This document shows, piece by piece, positions 30,101 through 41,874 of a stretch of 64,000 bases of DNA. Source of the stretch: an uncultured delta proteobacterium (GTDB lineage Bacteria; Desulfobacterota; Desulfomonilia; Desulfomonilales; Desulfomonilaceae); the NCBI GenBank assembly GCA_963789265.1, contig CAWBKB010000001.1:448001-512000 (forward strand), written 5' to 3'. Each line of letters begins with the position of its first letter. Positions within the stretch are counted from its first letter, which is position 1. A program made the translations under genes and the position numbers. The notes beneath the pieces were generated by a model. That model was not told the origin of the DNA. It worked only from the letters and a program-made list of their open reading frames with translations, and did no database searches.

Positions 30101-30633
30101 TCGTAGTGCGCAGCCTTCTCATACTTATGCCAGTCCCTGTAGAGAATCCCCAAGCAGTGGAGAGCCGCTACTTCTTTTTTAGGCCCCTGGTACTTCTGGG
30201 CTATTTCCAAAGACTTCTCGTAATACTCAACAGCCTTTTCATACTGATTCTGCTTAGCGTACACAAAGCCTAACCAGGCGACACTGCTTGATTCGATGTG
30301 TCGGTCGCCGATCTTCCGGGCAAGTTCAAACGATTTCAGGTAGTATTCTACTGCCTTCTGGTATTGCTTCTGGTCTCTATATATAGCCCCTAGACTGTTG
30401 CACGCCCGAGCGGCATTTTTCGAGTCGCCAACCTTCTGGTATATGGCCAGGGCCTCTTCGTATTTCTGTGCAGCCTTCTTCAAATCTTCGTTGGAGCGAG
30501 CCTTTTGTTGCAAGGCAAACGCTTCCTTGTGGAGACGTATTGCATCGCGCAAGGATTCGGCCATCAGCGGCGATGAAACAAGGATACAAAGCGCGGCTAC
30601 TATTGCCGGGACAAGAAAGATTCGCTTGAACAT
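27168..30633 (-). CDS. exported TPR-repeat + CHAT (caspase HetF-associated) protease (apparent +1 indel near 28700)
   Basis: signal peptide, about 11-12 40-aa TPRs (LNNLG..Y..A..YYEKSL); CHAT motifs IIPDGSLGVVPFE, FGTHG, LTVCQTG, SLWSV, HPFYWAPFILVG. Confidence 0.9.
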
Positions 30634-30959
30634 GGCAGCCTCCTAAAGAAATATCTCACCACAGAGACACAGAGCACGCAGAGAAAACCATCATATTTCT
30701 CTTCTCAGTGAACTCCGTGCCTCTGTGGTTAATTCTTCATTCGGAATGTTGTCCCCGCTTCCGTGGTTAAACCTCGGCCTCATGATATCTTTGTGGGAAG
30801 ACGGAATGAAATGTGACAGAAGAACGTTCTCATTTCTCCCCCAGCCAAAACAGGTGAGTCTGAGCACAACTCCCCGGATTTCCATTGTAGCGGCAAAGCC
30901 CGTCCCCCTAGCAAAGAAGCTGTCCGATGATGTCCGTGTGATAGGCTTGCAGTTTACCA

Positions 30960-31160
30960 CCCCTTTTAACCCGAGGCCATTAAAAAGGGGAAAGGGGGGA
31001 AACCATCCCATAGGCGTTAAAATAAGGCAATTTCGTTCCTTTTCAAGAGGTGAATGCAGGCTGAGCGCGATCAAAGTCCCCCTTTTCTAAAGGGGGATTT
31101 AGGGGGATTTCAATAGGTTATCCCAAAATCCCCCCTAACCCCCCTTTAGGAAAGGGGGGA
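30960..31160. repeat. CCCCCTTT..AAAGGGGG palindromic repeat cluster with orphan CATAGGCGTTAAAATAAG end at 31009
   Basis: several C/G-run hairpins; the 31009 sequence matches the MITE-like end at 16275/18217. Confidence 0.6.
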
Positions 31161-31321
31161 ACCCACCGTCTCGCAATGACAAGCTTTGACCGCTTGTAAG
31201 TGAATGATACGTGCTTCGCGCTTTTTTGTGTGGAGAATAACCGCGGCTTTATGCGATAATAATATGTTCGGAGATCACTTGTTTCCGATTGCCACCTTCA
31301 ATATTCACGAGGTAGTTGATA

Positions 31322-32720
31322 ATGCATGTAGGCGTCATAGGAACCGGCTATGTGGGCTTGGTTACCGGAGTTTGTTTCGCCGAGATGGGAAACGATGTCA
31401 CGTTGATGGACATCGACGAGGCCAAGATCCAGGGCCTCATAGATGGGAGAATCCCGATCTACGAGCCCGGTCTTCAACCGATGATAGCCCGAAATATGGC
31501 CGAAAAGCGTTTGCACTTCACCACCGATCTGGAGGCGACGATAGACCGCTCCTTGATAAACTTTATAGCTGTCGGCACGCCACCCCACCAGGACGGAAAC
31601 GCGGACCTCAGCCAGGTTTTCAATGTTGCCGAGGCCGTCGGTCAAGCTATTAAGACTTACAAAATCATCATCACCAAGAGTACGGTTCCGGTGGGCACAA
31701 CGCACAAGATTCGCGACATTATTGCCGAAAGAAACCAACCACCCGTTTGATGTGGCGTCCAATCCCGAGTTCCTGAAAGAGGGCAACGCAATTGATGACT
31801 GCATGAAGCCGGACAGAATCGTGATTGGAGTGGACGACGTCCGTGTCGGTGAAATCCTCAAAGAGCTGTACGCGCCCTTCGTGCGGACAGGCAAGCCTAT
31901 TTTGGTCATGGATACCTTGTCCTCGGAAATGACCAAGTACACAGCCAACGGCCTTTTGGCCACCAAGATCTCCTTTGTCAACGAGCTTGCGAGGTTGTGC
32001 GAGAAAGTCGGGGCCGATATCGAAATGGTCCGGAGCGGCATAGGCGCAGACCCTCGTATCGGCCCTCAATTTCTCTTTGCGGGGATAGGATACGGCGGGT
32101 CCTGCTTTCCCAAGGATGTAGAGGCCCTCACAAGGACAGGCATGGAGCATGAGGCCAGGTTGATGATTCTGGAAGCTGTCCAAGAAGCTGATAGAGCCCA
32201 AAGAACCCATTTCTTGAACACGATAGTAAGTCATTACCAAGGGCAGTCTCTGGAGGGGAAACTTTTCGCGCTCTGGGGGTTGAGTTTCAAGCCTCGAACC
32301 GACGATATCAGAGAGGCCCCGTCTCTCGAAGTGATTCGAATGTTGCTGGAGAGGGGCGCTCGCATCAGAGCTTTCGATCCGGTAGCGATGGAGAACTGCG
32401 GGCGAGTTCTCGGGGATTCCATAGAATATGCGCCCGGCAATTACGAGTGTCTTGAAGGAGCTGATGGTCTAATCATAGTGACCGAGTGGAATGAATTTCG
32501 TTACCCCAATTTTGAGAAGATCAAACATTTGATGTTGGAGCCCGTTATCTTTGATGGCAGGAACCTTTATGACCCGAAAAAGATGGCCGAACGAGGATTC
32601 ACATATTACAGCATAGGAAGGCGCTCGGAACGAGCCACGAACAACCTTGTTGTCAGTCATGGTGCGCGAACATGCCACCGGATAGCAAAGTCTGCATCTC
32701 CCGGTGGGGGAAGTCGTTAG
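31322..32720 (+). CDS. ugd: UDP-glucose/GDP-mannose dehydrogenase family protein (+1 indel near 31732)
   Basis: VIGTGYVGL, IAVGTP, KSTVPVGT, SNPEFLKEG, GYGGSCFPKD, FKPRTDDIRE, DGRN. Confidence 0.93.
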
Positions 32721-32744
32721 TTACCCGCGTCAGCAAAATATGTA

Positions 32745-34153
32745 ATGGCAACACGAACAGTAAACGCTAAAGACATAGTTCAAGATATCAGAGCTCGTAT
32801 GGATAGGGCTGCCCTGATAGAGAAGTATCATCTTTCCGCTAATGAACTGGTTCTGTTGCTGAAAAAGCTGGTGGAACTGCGCGTTTTGGCAGTGTCGGAG
32901 GCACAAGAGGTTGTGTCCCGGGCTGGGACAAAACCTGCTCATGTCTTCGAGTGCCCCGAGTGTGGAACAACAGATGCTGCAGTTTGGACGAATGTCCCCA
33001 CTGCGGGGCCATAGTCGCGAAGATCGAAGCGGAAGTGTCCGGCGACGAAGTGATGGCTCCAATTCATCAGGTCGCTCGCCGATCGACCGGTCCCAGAGAG
33101 AAGCCGGATTCAGCGTCGGAAGGGATTGCCGCTCCCGCGCTTTTAAGAGGCGACTTGCAGCGGACGGGCTTCTACCAAGCCAAAGGGGTAGAAAGACTCA
33201 GAGAATTGAAGTGGAGATATAAAACTGGGGGTTGGGTTTCTTCCACGCCGGCCGTTGCCTACAACACGGTCTATTTCGGGAGTTGGGACGGGGGTCTTTA
33301 TGCTGTAGACCTGGAGACGGGGGCGGAAAAGTGGAGGTCCGCAACTGACGGCCCTGTGTCTTCTTCGCCTGGAGTAGCATTCGGTCGAGTCTATTTCGGG
33401 ACGTCCGGCGGTCGGTTATGCGTTTTGCACGCGGAATCCGGAAAGCTGATCTGGAATTTCAGTGTCGGTGGTCCTCTATCGTCATCTCCCGCCATTACTG
33501 ACACAATGATCTATTTTGGCGGATCCGACGCTAACCTTTTCGCTATCGCGGTCAAATCCGGGTCAACAAAATGGAAGTTCAAGACGGGCGGTCTGATCTC
33601 GTCTTCCCCGGCTGTAGCCGGCGGTCTGATATGTGTCGGCAGTTACGACGGGAGTCTTTATGCTGTCGAGAGCGTTTCGGGGGAGGCACGGTCGGTCTTT
33701 AAGACACCAGCCCCGGTGTCAGCCTCGCCGGCGATATCGGATGGCGTGGCCTACTTTGGTAGTTGGGACGGGAGTATCTACGCGGTGGACTTGGAGAGCG
33801 GCCAGGAACGTTGGAATTTCAAGTCGGGATCAAAGGTGAGCGGCTCAGTGGCCGTAGGGTACGGCAACATCTTCTTCGGAAACGCAGAGGCCAAAGTCTA
33901 CTGTGTAGAGGTCAGGACCGGTCAGGAGCGTTGGAAATCGGAGGTTGGAGGTCCGATCTCGTCCTCTCCCGCACTGGCGAATTCCAACCTGTATCTTGGG
34001 AGCGCTGACCGTTGTCTCCACGTGTTTGACGCAGAATCGGGCGACGAAAAATGGAAATTCAAGACCGAGGGTGCGGTGAATTCGTCGCCGGTAGTACATG
34101 GCGAAGCTATTTATTTTGGAAGCGATGACGGACACATGTACGCGGTGGCGTGA
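32745..34153 (+). CDS. N-terminal helical domain + zinc ribbon + 8-bladed PQQ-like beta-propeller (indel near 32980)
   Basis: CPECG / DECPHCG split across frames; eight 40-aa W-x-F-x-T-x-G-x-V-SSSP repeats. Confidence 0.85.
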
Positions 34154-34165
34154 CTTTAGGGCGGT

Positions 34166-34707
34166 CTATTCCGAATTCTCGGTCATGGGTTTGATGTCGG
34201 GCAGCGGAGGGAGTGACGCGAGGTCGTTCAGTCCAAACACCTCGAGAAAACGCGGAGAGGTCCATATAAAAGAGGACGCCCCGGCACGTCTTTGCGACCC
34301 ACCACGGCAATTAGTTCGCGTTCCAACAGATTTTTCAAGGTACCCGCGCTTTCTACTCCGCGAATTTGCTCAATTTGGCTCCTGGCGATGGGCTGGTTGT
34401 AGGCCACAATGCTGAGGATTTTCCAAGGCGGCTCGACTCAGCCGGGAAGGCGGCCGGGCTTGTTTCATCCCGCTTATCCAGGGTTGAAGGCTCGGCAATG
34501 TTCGGAATTGATAGCCGCCTGCGATCTTCTCAAGGATGAACCCCTCGAGACCTTTCTTGTACTCTTGCTCCAATTCATCTAATGCCGACTTGAGTTCCTG
34601 CGGTTTGGCTTCTCGTATTACGCTTGCCATGACCTCGAGGCTGAGAGGGATTCGGTCTGGGCGAAGATTATCCCCTCCACAATGGACTTCAGAGTTTGTC
34701 TATTCAA
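34166..34707 (-). CDS. scpB: SMC-Scp complex subunit ScpB (several indels)
   Basis: [60 protein letters not shown] across three frames. Confidence 0.85.
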
Positions 34708-34925
34708 TGTGTTCGACCTCGATACGAAGTTTCATCTTTTCACCCTAATAATAACCTACGGTGGTGGGACATGGATCCGATCACACCGGACGAATCCTTC
34801 ATACCACGACAGGAAGGTCGTATCAATTCGGAACGAGTCTGTATGCCTCGGAAACGGGCAGCAGTCGGCGGCGTGTATTCCAACAGTAATGCGCTATCAA
34901 ACAAGTAACAATCCTGGACAAGACA

Positions 34926-35035
34926 TGGTGGGGCAGGCATCCTGCCTGCCATTCGTCACCCCGGACTCCGATCCGGGGTCCAGCTTGGATGCCCGCGTCC
35001 GTGGGCATGACGACAGGCAGGATGCCTGTCCCACC
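34926..35035. repeat. REP-like doublet (GGCAGGCATCCTGCCTG.. / GACAGGCAGGATGCCTGTCCCAC)
   Basis: same family as 16226-16274 and 18218-18237. Confidence 0.7.
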
Positions 35036-35612
35036 AGAAACACCGTGTCACTCGCTCGAAGGCGAAATGTAAAACAAGATAGCCGAGCCAGTCATTGCGT
35101 AAGGTGCAATCGCTCGAATTACGAAAGGGGTAATCGTTCACTGCGGAGAGCGCAGAGACCGCGGAGAATTCTATTTTCTCCAACGCCTATGCGAATTGTG
35201 GACCCGGCAGGTTCCGGGTACGTGATCCCGCTATGCGCTGGGAGGACAATGCCGACCTGACTGTACGTGCGGTGATTGACGCGGAATTGAATAAACTATC
35301 CTTTATCTCTGCGGACTCTGCGGTGAATCTTGAGGCCCTCTGAACGGTTACCGGAAAAGTAATCTCATGGATGGAGCCGGCAACTGAAACTGTCCCGAGA
35401 TCGAGGTATGCGCAAAATTCGCGGGAGCGACGCCCCTTTTTGTCTTCCGCACCGAGTTCCGCGTAGACAACTTTCACTTTCCCACATAGAGACCGTCCGC
35501 GGCCTCGTTTGACGCACGGGCGAGTTGTGATAATATATATGATAGTGTATGAATTGTCGCGTTTTTCGGGCTTTGCAGGCGACTAGGATATTACCTAATG
35601 AAGGCCATTTCT

Positions 35613-36821
35613 ATGGAAGACAATCCGCATGGTATTACCCAGGCTTAATATTGCGGTGGGCATACCTTCCTACAATGAAGCTTCTTCGATATCTGTGCCA
35701 ACGCAGCAGGCTGACAAAGGTCTTTCCAAGTACTTCAGTGAACGTTCCGCCGTAATTATCAATTGTGATAATCATTCCCCCGACAATACTCGTCAAGCAT
35801 TCATGCAGACCGCCACCGACACACCCAAGATATATCTATCCACTGAAGAAGGAACCAGGGGAAGGGCAACAACCTCCGGAATTTATTTGGTAAAGCAGTA
35901 GAACTTTCTGCCAAGGCGGTCATAGTACTGGATGCGGACCTGCAGAGTGTCACTCCATTATGGATACGCAATTTAGGGGAGCCGCTCTTCGACGAATACC
36001 ATTTTGTCTCCCCGTTATATGTTCGTCACAAATACGACGGCACGATAACGAACAATGTAGCCTATCCACTAACTCGCGCCTTGTACGGCCGTCGAGTCCG
36101 GCAACCCATTGGCGGAGATTATGGGTTTTCGGGGGAACTCGCTCGCATTTATGCAGAAACCGAGTTTTGGAATGGAGCTATCGCGGATTTCGGGATCGAT
36201 ATATGGATGACAACTACAGCCCTGAGAAATCGAATGGCGGTCATTCAGTCCTTTATGGGAAGGCCCAAGATTCATAAGCCGAAAGATCTCGTGGCAGTCG
36301 TGGACAGTCTGTTTACCGATGTTGTCATTACCATATTTGAACTCATGTGTCGTTACGAGAACTTCTGGAAGGAGGTCAAATGGAGCCGGCCTACAGCCGT
36401 TTTCGGGTTCGCTTTAGGGGAACTGGAGGTACCTCCCCCGGTTGAGGCGGATATAAAAATTTTGTCCGGTAAATTCAGCAAAGGGCTTGCGGAGCACTGG
36501 GGTCTCTACAAGACTATTCTAACCGTAGAGAATATAAACAAGGTGGAAGAAGCGGCCAGCTTGCCGTCTGCCAGCTTCGAGTTTCCCACGGCGCTGTGGG
36601 CGAAGGTCCTGTACGACTTTGCCGTGGCTTATAAGACCCAGGAGGTGCCGCGGGAAGACCTGATTGCCGGGCTGGCGGCCCTCTATTACGGGAAGACACT
36701 ATCTTTTGTGCTGGAAACTCAGGCCATGAATACGCAACAGGTGGAGGAGTTCATCGAGGATCAGTGCGTCCAATTCGAGAAGACTAAATCCTATTTGCTG
36801 GAACGCTGGTTTTCCGGATGA
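35613..36821 (+). CDS. GT2-family glycosyltransferase, glucosylglycerate/mannosylglycerate-synthase-like (two indels)
   Basis: VGIPSYNEA, NCDNHSPDNT, GKGNN, LDADL, YVRHKYDGTITN, RQPIGGDYGFS, FGIDIWMTT. Confidence 0.8.
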
Positions 36822-36860
36822 TGCGGCGCGAATTGCCGAACATCTCCAAAGGAGCCTGAA

Positions 36861-37232
36861 ATGGCGAAGATTCTAATAGTGGATGATGAAGAAGGAATCC
36901 GAATGCTCTATTCTATGGAATTGCAGGATGAGGGATACGAGGTCATAACTTTACCCGACGGGAAAGACCTGATGGAGGTCGTCGATACCGAAGACCCGGA
37001 CTGTATTGTGCTAGATATTAAGATGCGGGAATACAACGGCCTGGATCTGCTGCAGCAGATCAGAAGAAAGCACTACGATTTGCCTGTGATTCTGAATTCA
37101 GCGTATTCAAGCTTCAAAGTTGATCTAAAAGCTGTGGCCGCTGACTATTATGTTGTGAAGAGTTCGGACCTGGGCGAATTAAAAGAGAAGTTGAAGGTCG
37201 CCCTGGAAACCCGCATACCTCTGAAAGAATGA
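36861..37232 (+). CDS. single-domain response regulator
   Basis: KILIVDDE, VLDIKM, YVVKSSD; AGGAG RBS. Confidence 0.93.
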   Translation: MAKILIVDDEEGIRMLYSMELQDEGYEVITLPDGKDLMEVVDTEDPDCIVLDIKMREYNGLDLLQQIRRKHYDLPVILNSAYSSFKVDLKAVAADYYVVKSSDLGELKEKLKVALETRIPLKE

Positions 37233-37259
37233 TATGCCTCGGATTAGTCGGACAATGAG

Positions 37260-37283
37260 CCGGGCCAAGCGCCCGGTTTTTTT
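37260..37283 (+). terminator. intrinsic terminator
   Basis: CCGGGC-CAAGC-GCCCGG followed by T7, downstream of the response regulator. Confidence 0.7.
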
Positions 37284-37777
37284 GTCCGACTGTCTTTTAA
37301 ATGCGGTCATTCGTTTGCCCGACGACGGAAACTCGAATTCTGAAAAGTACTCAAGGGAACGGTGGAGGTGAGATTCCCTGAAGATCTACAACCCGAGGCC
37401 CGAAAACCGCCGGCATCCCTGCCAATGCCTCGTCAAGGTATCGGACCTGGTGTCTCCGTCTTTGAGCCTAACACACGCTCATCCCGCGCCCATTTAAAAA
37501 ACGCGACTAATATTAGGGTCAGAAATAATAACAGTAATACTAGCGCGAAATTACCTGCCGCGCATTGTAAAATGTTTACGCGATCATCACAATAATTTCT
37601 TGACTCGCCGCGAACAGGATGATAGGAGCCCACCACGAGGGAGAGGGACTCTCTCACAAGTGCTGTTGACCCAGCGGAGCAAAGTGCTGCCGATCTGCTG
37701 GTAGTCGTTAAATGGCCGGTTTTTCTATTTCCCCCGATTGATATTTACAAAATTCCTGTGTGAAAAAGGAGTGGCAC

Positions 37778-38239
37778 ATGAATCAGAGTGCGTCTCACGC
37801 CTCCGCCGGGACTTTCCTGGATTCCTACGACTTCAATCAAAACTATGTCTATCTGAAGAAGCTCATCCAGGAACTGAAAGTGGAAAACAGCACCTCCGTA
37901 AGGAGGGAAATCTTCGGGGAGGATGAACGCGAATTTAACTTGACCAAGAAGCAGATGAAACAACTATTTCGCTTCCTGAGAAAAATTGAGCACCATTACG
38001 AAGAGTGCTGTTCGCCTCCGATTCCGGAAGAGCTGGAAAATTCCATAAGAAATCGAGACAGTTCCGAATGGCTGCCGTGGGAACTCGAGGCCATAGAAAA
38101 GGTCGAGGTGTGGCGTGAAGAGCTCGAAGAAAGGCGGCGGAATGCCAGACAAATGCTGCACAACGTCCTCGAAAAAGTTCGGAGAGGTGAGACAATTCCA
38201 GGCGATAGCCCCGCGAAAAAGGGAATGCGCTTAAGCTGA
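37778..38239 (+). CDS. hypothetical helical protein
   Basis: AAGGAG RBS; charged helical 153-aa ORF with no recognised motif. Confidence 0.65.
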   Translation: MNQSASHASAGTFLDSYDFNQNYVYLKKLIQELKVENSTSVRREIFGEDEREFNLTKKQMKQLFRFLRKIEHHYEECCSPPIPEELENSIRNRDSSEWLPWELEAIEKVEVWREELEERRRNARQMLHNVLEKVRRGETIPGDSPAKKGMRLS

Positions 38240-38571
38240 GGCCGATGATGCGGCCGCGCGTGCGCGGCCCCAGCCTCGGTGGGACAAATGAACTTACTCC
38301 CGCTCAGTGCTGTTCTCGAGACACCTACCATCAACCTAACTCCTTGTAAATATTCCTGCCCCGGTCGAGCTAGATCGGGGTCTTTTTGTTTGGTCTCCCG
38401 GAAGGTGCAAAAATCTGGGAAAGCAAGAGACCTCGTCCGACCGGCCGCGGTGTGCCGAGTAATGAGGAATGTGGGTTATTGGCGGAAATTTTGATTTCCC
38501 TTCCCAACTGAGCTATAAAGTAACAGCCTAAACCGATACGCAGAAAATCAAACGGATTGTGCGGAGGCACG

Positions 38572-39627
38572 ATGGAGCAGTTCAGACCCCGGAACGACCA
38601 AAACCCGGTTCGCGATTTGCAGCGAGGAGTCGAGGATTTAAAGGACATTGTGGACCGGTTTTTCCAGGGGCGCGGAACCTGGCTTATTATTTTGGTCCTG
38701 ATAGCACTATATTTGTCGTCCGGTATTTACGTAGTAGGGCCGGGAGAAAAAGGGGTTGTCCTCTTGTTCGGCAAACTCAACTCTCTGACCGATCCTGGCC
38801 TTCGTTATCGGCTTCCCAGGCCCTTCATGACACACAGTATCGTAGACATCGCGGCCGTGAAGAGCGCGGAAATAGGCTACAGGTCGGACGGCACTCATGC
38901 GCGCGCGATACCCGCCGAATCAATGATGCTCACCGGGGATGAAAACATAGTCGATGTGCAGCTCTTCGTTCAATACATGGTGCAAAACCCCGTTAAGTAT
39001 CTTTATGGAGCCAAGGACCCTGTAAGTACTCTGAGGGCGTCGGCTGAGGTAGCATTGCGCGGGGTCGTGGGCGAAAAAGATATTGACTATACCATGGTCA
39101 CCGGGAGGACCGAGGTTCAGAATAAGGTTAAAGCCAATCTTCAGAAACTCCTCGATAATTACAATACCGGGTTGCTCGTTACCCAAGCCGGTTTACGAGA
39201 GGTTGATGCGCCCACCCAGGTCCGGGAGGCTTTTCACGACGTGCTCAGGGCGTGGGAAGATCGCGCTCGGCTTATCCAGGAGGCACAGGGAGTCAGAGCA
39301 GATGTGATCCCCAAGGCGAGGGGCCAGGCCCAGCAGAAAATTCTCGAGGCCGAAGCATATAAAGCTCAAAGAGTGATAAGGGCCCGCGGGGACGCGCAGC
39401 GCTTCACCGATATCCTGACGGAATACGCCAAATCTCCCAAGGTAACCCGGGAGCGACTTTACCTGGAAAGCGTGGAACAATTCCTGCCGGGTGCAAAGAA
39501 GGTCATAATGGAAGGCGGGAGCAACGCTGTGCTTCCATTCCTTCCCCTCGGCCCGCAGGAGGCGAACGCGGGCCAGAGCCCAGGGATTCAAGGGCCACGT
39601 TCGCGGACGGAAAAGAAAGGCCGGTAG
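38572..39627 (+). CDS. hflK: FtsH protease modulator HflK
   Basis: TM + SPFH domain; ESMMLTGDENIVDV, IPKARGQA, VTRERLYLE. Confidence 0.95.
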   Translation: MEQFRPRNDQNPVRDLQRGVEDLKDIVDRFFQGRGTWLIILVLIALYLSSGIYVVGPGEKGVVLLFGKLNSLTDPGLRYRLPRPFMTHSIVDIAAVKSAEIGYRSDGTHARAIPAESMMLTGDENIVDVQLFVQYMVQNPVKYLYGAKDPVSTLRASAEVALRGVVGEKDIDYTMVTGRTEVQNKVKANLQKLLDNYNTGLLVTQAGLREVDAPTQVREAFHDVLRAWEDRARLIQEAQGVRADVIPKARGQAQQKILEAEAYKAQRVIRARGDAQRFTDILTEYAKSPKVTRERLYLESVEQFLPGAKKVIMEGGSNAVLPFLPLGPQEANAGQSPGIQGPRSRTEKKGR

Positions 39628-39633
39628 GAAACA

Positions 39634-40491
39634 ATGGTTAAATTCGGCATTGTCGCGATCGTTATTCTTGTTTTGTTAGTCCAGGCCACTTTCACAATCC
39701 CCGAGGGCGGGCAGGGACTGGTTCTCCAATTCGGAAAGATTGAAAGGATCCTTAGGGAGCCCGGCCTTTACTTTAAGTACCCGTTCGTCCAGGAACTCAT
39801 CCGATTAGACAAAAGGATTCTAGGCGCAGAGTCTCTGCCGGCCGAATATATAACGCAAGATAAAAAACGCCTCACCGTGGACACGGTAGCGCGCTGGAGG
39901 ATCGAAGATCCCAAGGGTTTCTACAACGCGGTGGGAGATCCCCGAACCGCTGTCGCCCGCCTGAATGAAACGATATTTGCTGGGCTTCGCCAGGAAATCG
40001 CCAACCACGACTTCAACGATTTTATACGAGAGAAGCGGGAGTCAATCATGCAGCGGGTCACTCAATTGACCGCTCAGAAGGCCAAGGAATGGGGAGTACG
40101 CGTCGTAGATGTTCGAATCAAGAGAGTGGACTTGCCTGAGGAAGTTCAAGCCAGCGTTTTTGCCAGAATGAAAGCTGAACGAGAACGAATCGCCAAGGGA
40201 TACAGGGCTGAAGGGGACGAGCAGGCTCGTAAAATCAGGGCGGACGCCAACAAAGATGTAGAAATCATCCTCGCGGAGGCTTACCGTCAGTCCCAGACGT
40301 TGCGAGGGGAGGGGGACGCCCATGCCACCTCGGTCTATGCCGCAGCCTACGGAAAGGATGAGGATTTCTATTCTTTCATCAGACACCTGGATGTTTATAA
40401 GAAAGTATTTGCAACCGATACAACTTTGCTGCTCCGCCCCCAGTCGGATCTGCTCAAGTTCTTCGATTCTTTGACAGGACAAGCCAAGTAG
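39634..40491 (+). CDS. hflC: FtsH protease modulator HflC
   Basis: LVLQFGK..PGLYFKYPF, ITQDKKRLTVD, DVRIKRVDLP, RMKAERERIA, FYSFIR. Confidence 0.95.
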   Translation: MVKFGIVAIVILVLLVQATFTIPEGGQGLVLQFGKIERILREPGLYFKYPFVQELIRLDKRILGAESLPAEYITQDKKRLTVDTVARWRIEDPKGFYNAVGDPRTAVARLNETIFAGLRQEIANHDFNDFIREKRESIMQRVTQLTAQKAKEWGVRVVDVRIKRVDLPEEVQASVFARMKAERERIAKGYRAEGDEQARKIRADANKDVEIILAEAYRQSQTLRGEGDAHATSVYAAAYGKDEDFYSFIRHLDVYKKVFATDTTLLLRPQSDLLKFFDSLTGQAK

Positions 40492-40566
40492 GCGGGATCT
40501 ATCGGTTACCAATTCAGCCGCGGGCGCCGGTCGTGTCGACGGCCACGGAAGATCTTGAAGCCATTT

Positions 40567-41614
40567 CTACCAAAGGGAGTAGCGTGTCAGCGCAACAGGC
40601 ACGGAAACGGATCGTTGCGGTCGGACCAAAGTCTGTCTCTGCGGCAAGATGCCTTCCAAAAGCTCCATAAGAAGATCCTTCGCGTTCCCCTTGGCTTGAT
40701 GATCTGTGGCCTGAGCAGTCTGAATCCTCGGTCCTTTTCCCGGTGCGCTTTCTTCTCCGAACAGATAATCCGAGAGAGGAACTGAAACCAGTCCGCGCGA
40801 TTCCACAACATGAAGAATTGCACTCAGGTTCTTCATGGTTTTCGTCCGCTCATGCAGCAGAACCACATCCTTGGCCCTCGCAGCGTTCAGAGAATTTATG
40901 ACCGTAGACGCGGGACGCGGGAACCACGCCAGTTCCATGCGCCAATCGTTGGTATCTAGATTCCACCACGCCATATCATAGTTCAGCGAGGCGAGAACGT
41001 CCTGGCAAGCCTGGTAGTTCGAGCGAGAACCCGCGACGCCATAGGGAAATCTGAAGAAACGATTCTGCCGCTCGGGATCTACCCCTGCTTCATCCAGCAA
41101 CTCACCGAATAAGCGCGTGGGTAGACACAATCTCCTTCTCGGCCCGTTCAGCGGAAATTGTCGAGAAATCCGGGTGGTTGTACGAATGGTTTCCGATGTC
41201 GTGACCTTCAAGAAGGGCCCTGATTGCGAAGTCTCGCAAAGTGGGATTGGTGAGATTGCGACCGATCACGAAGAAGGTGGCTTTATGCCCGCGCAAGGCC
41301 AGGAGATCCAGGATGCCCCCCGAACAGTACGCGGGGCCGTCGTCGAACGTCAAAAACACCGACTTGGCATTCAGATCCGGGCTCCTGATATCCTCTTCCA
41401 ACCGTCTAAACGGGTAGTCGAAAGGAAGGGTCTCGCCGTGTTCGGGCTTCAGATATCCGCCGGGCGTGCTCCGGACAAGGGCGATTTCACAGGCCAGGGA
41501 AGGCCAAAGACTTCCTCCCAGCGCAAGCCCGGCACCCAGGTTGAGGAACTCCCTCCGGGATATTGCACCGGATGCCCCGCGCTCCAAGGACTTGCTGATT
41601 GATTTACTGGGCAA
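40567..41614 (-). CDS. Tat-exported polysaccharide deacetylase, NodB/CE4 type (indel near 41105)
   Basis: SRREFL twin-arginine motif; LTFDDGP, ATFFVIG, GNHSYNHP, FFRFPYG, WNLDTNDW, VLLHE. Confidence 0.87.
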
Positions 41615-41874
41615 TTTTCAAACAATAATTGTCGCCGGCGTTCCATCCCTCGCGTGCCGAAAAAGTCGACCCTATGCCGTTAATGCCTAGATTACAAGGC
41701 GCACCGAACACCAAAGTCTACCTCACAATCGCCCAAAATAGCAAGTATTAAATTCTATGGCTCGTAAGCATTCACTTCCGCGCGGGAAGAGATTGTCATT
41801 GCGAGTTCCGCTGGACGCGGGAAAGCGATCTTTTCCTTTAAACGCCGCTTAAATTGCCGGTTGAACGGGCATCT

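Noticed and set aside
27168..30633. CRISPR type III-E (Craspase) TPR-CHAT component
   Set aside because: No cas genes or CRISPR array nearby, and the protein has a signal peptide
37600..37730. Possible riboswitch (ZTP-like or c-di-GMP-like) upstream of the ORF at 37778
   Set aside because: Some hairpins and a repeated AAGTGCTG, but diagnostic motifs are missing; needs Infernal
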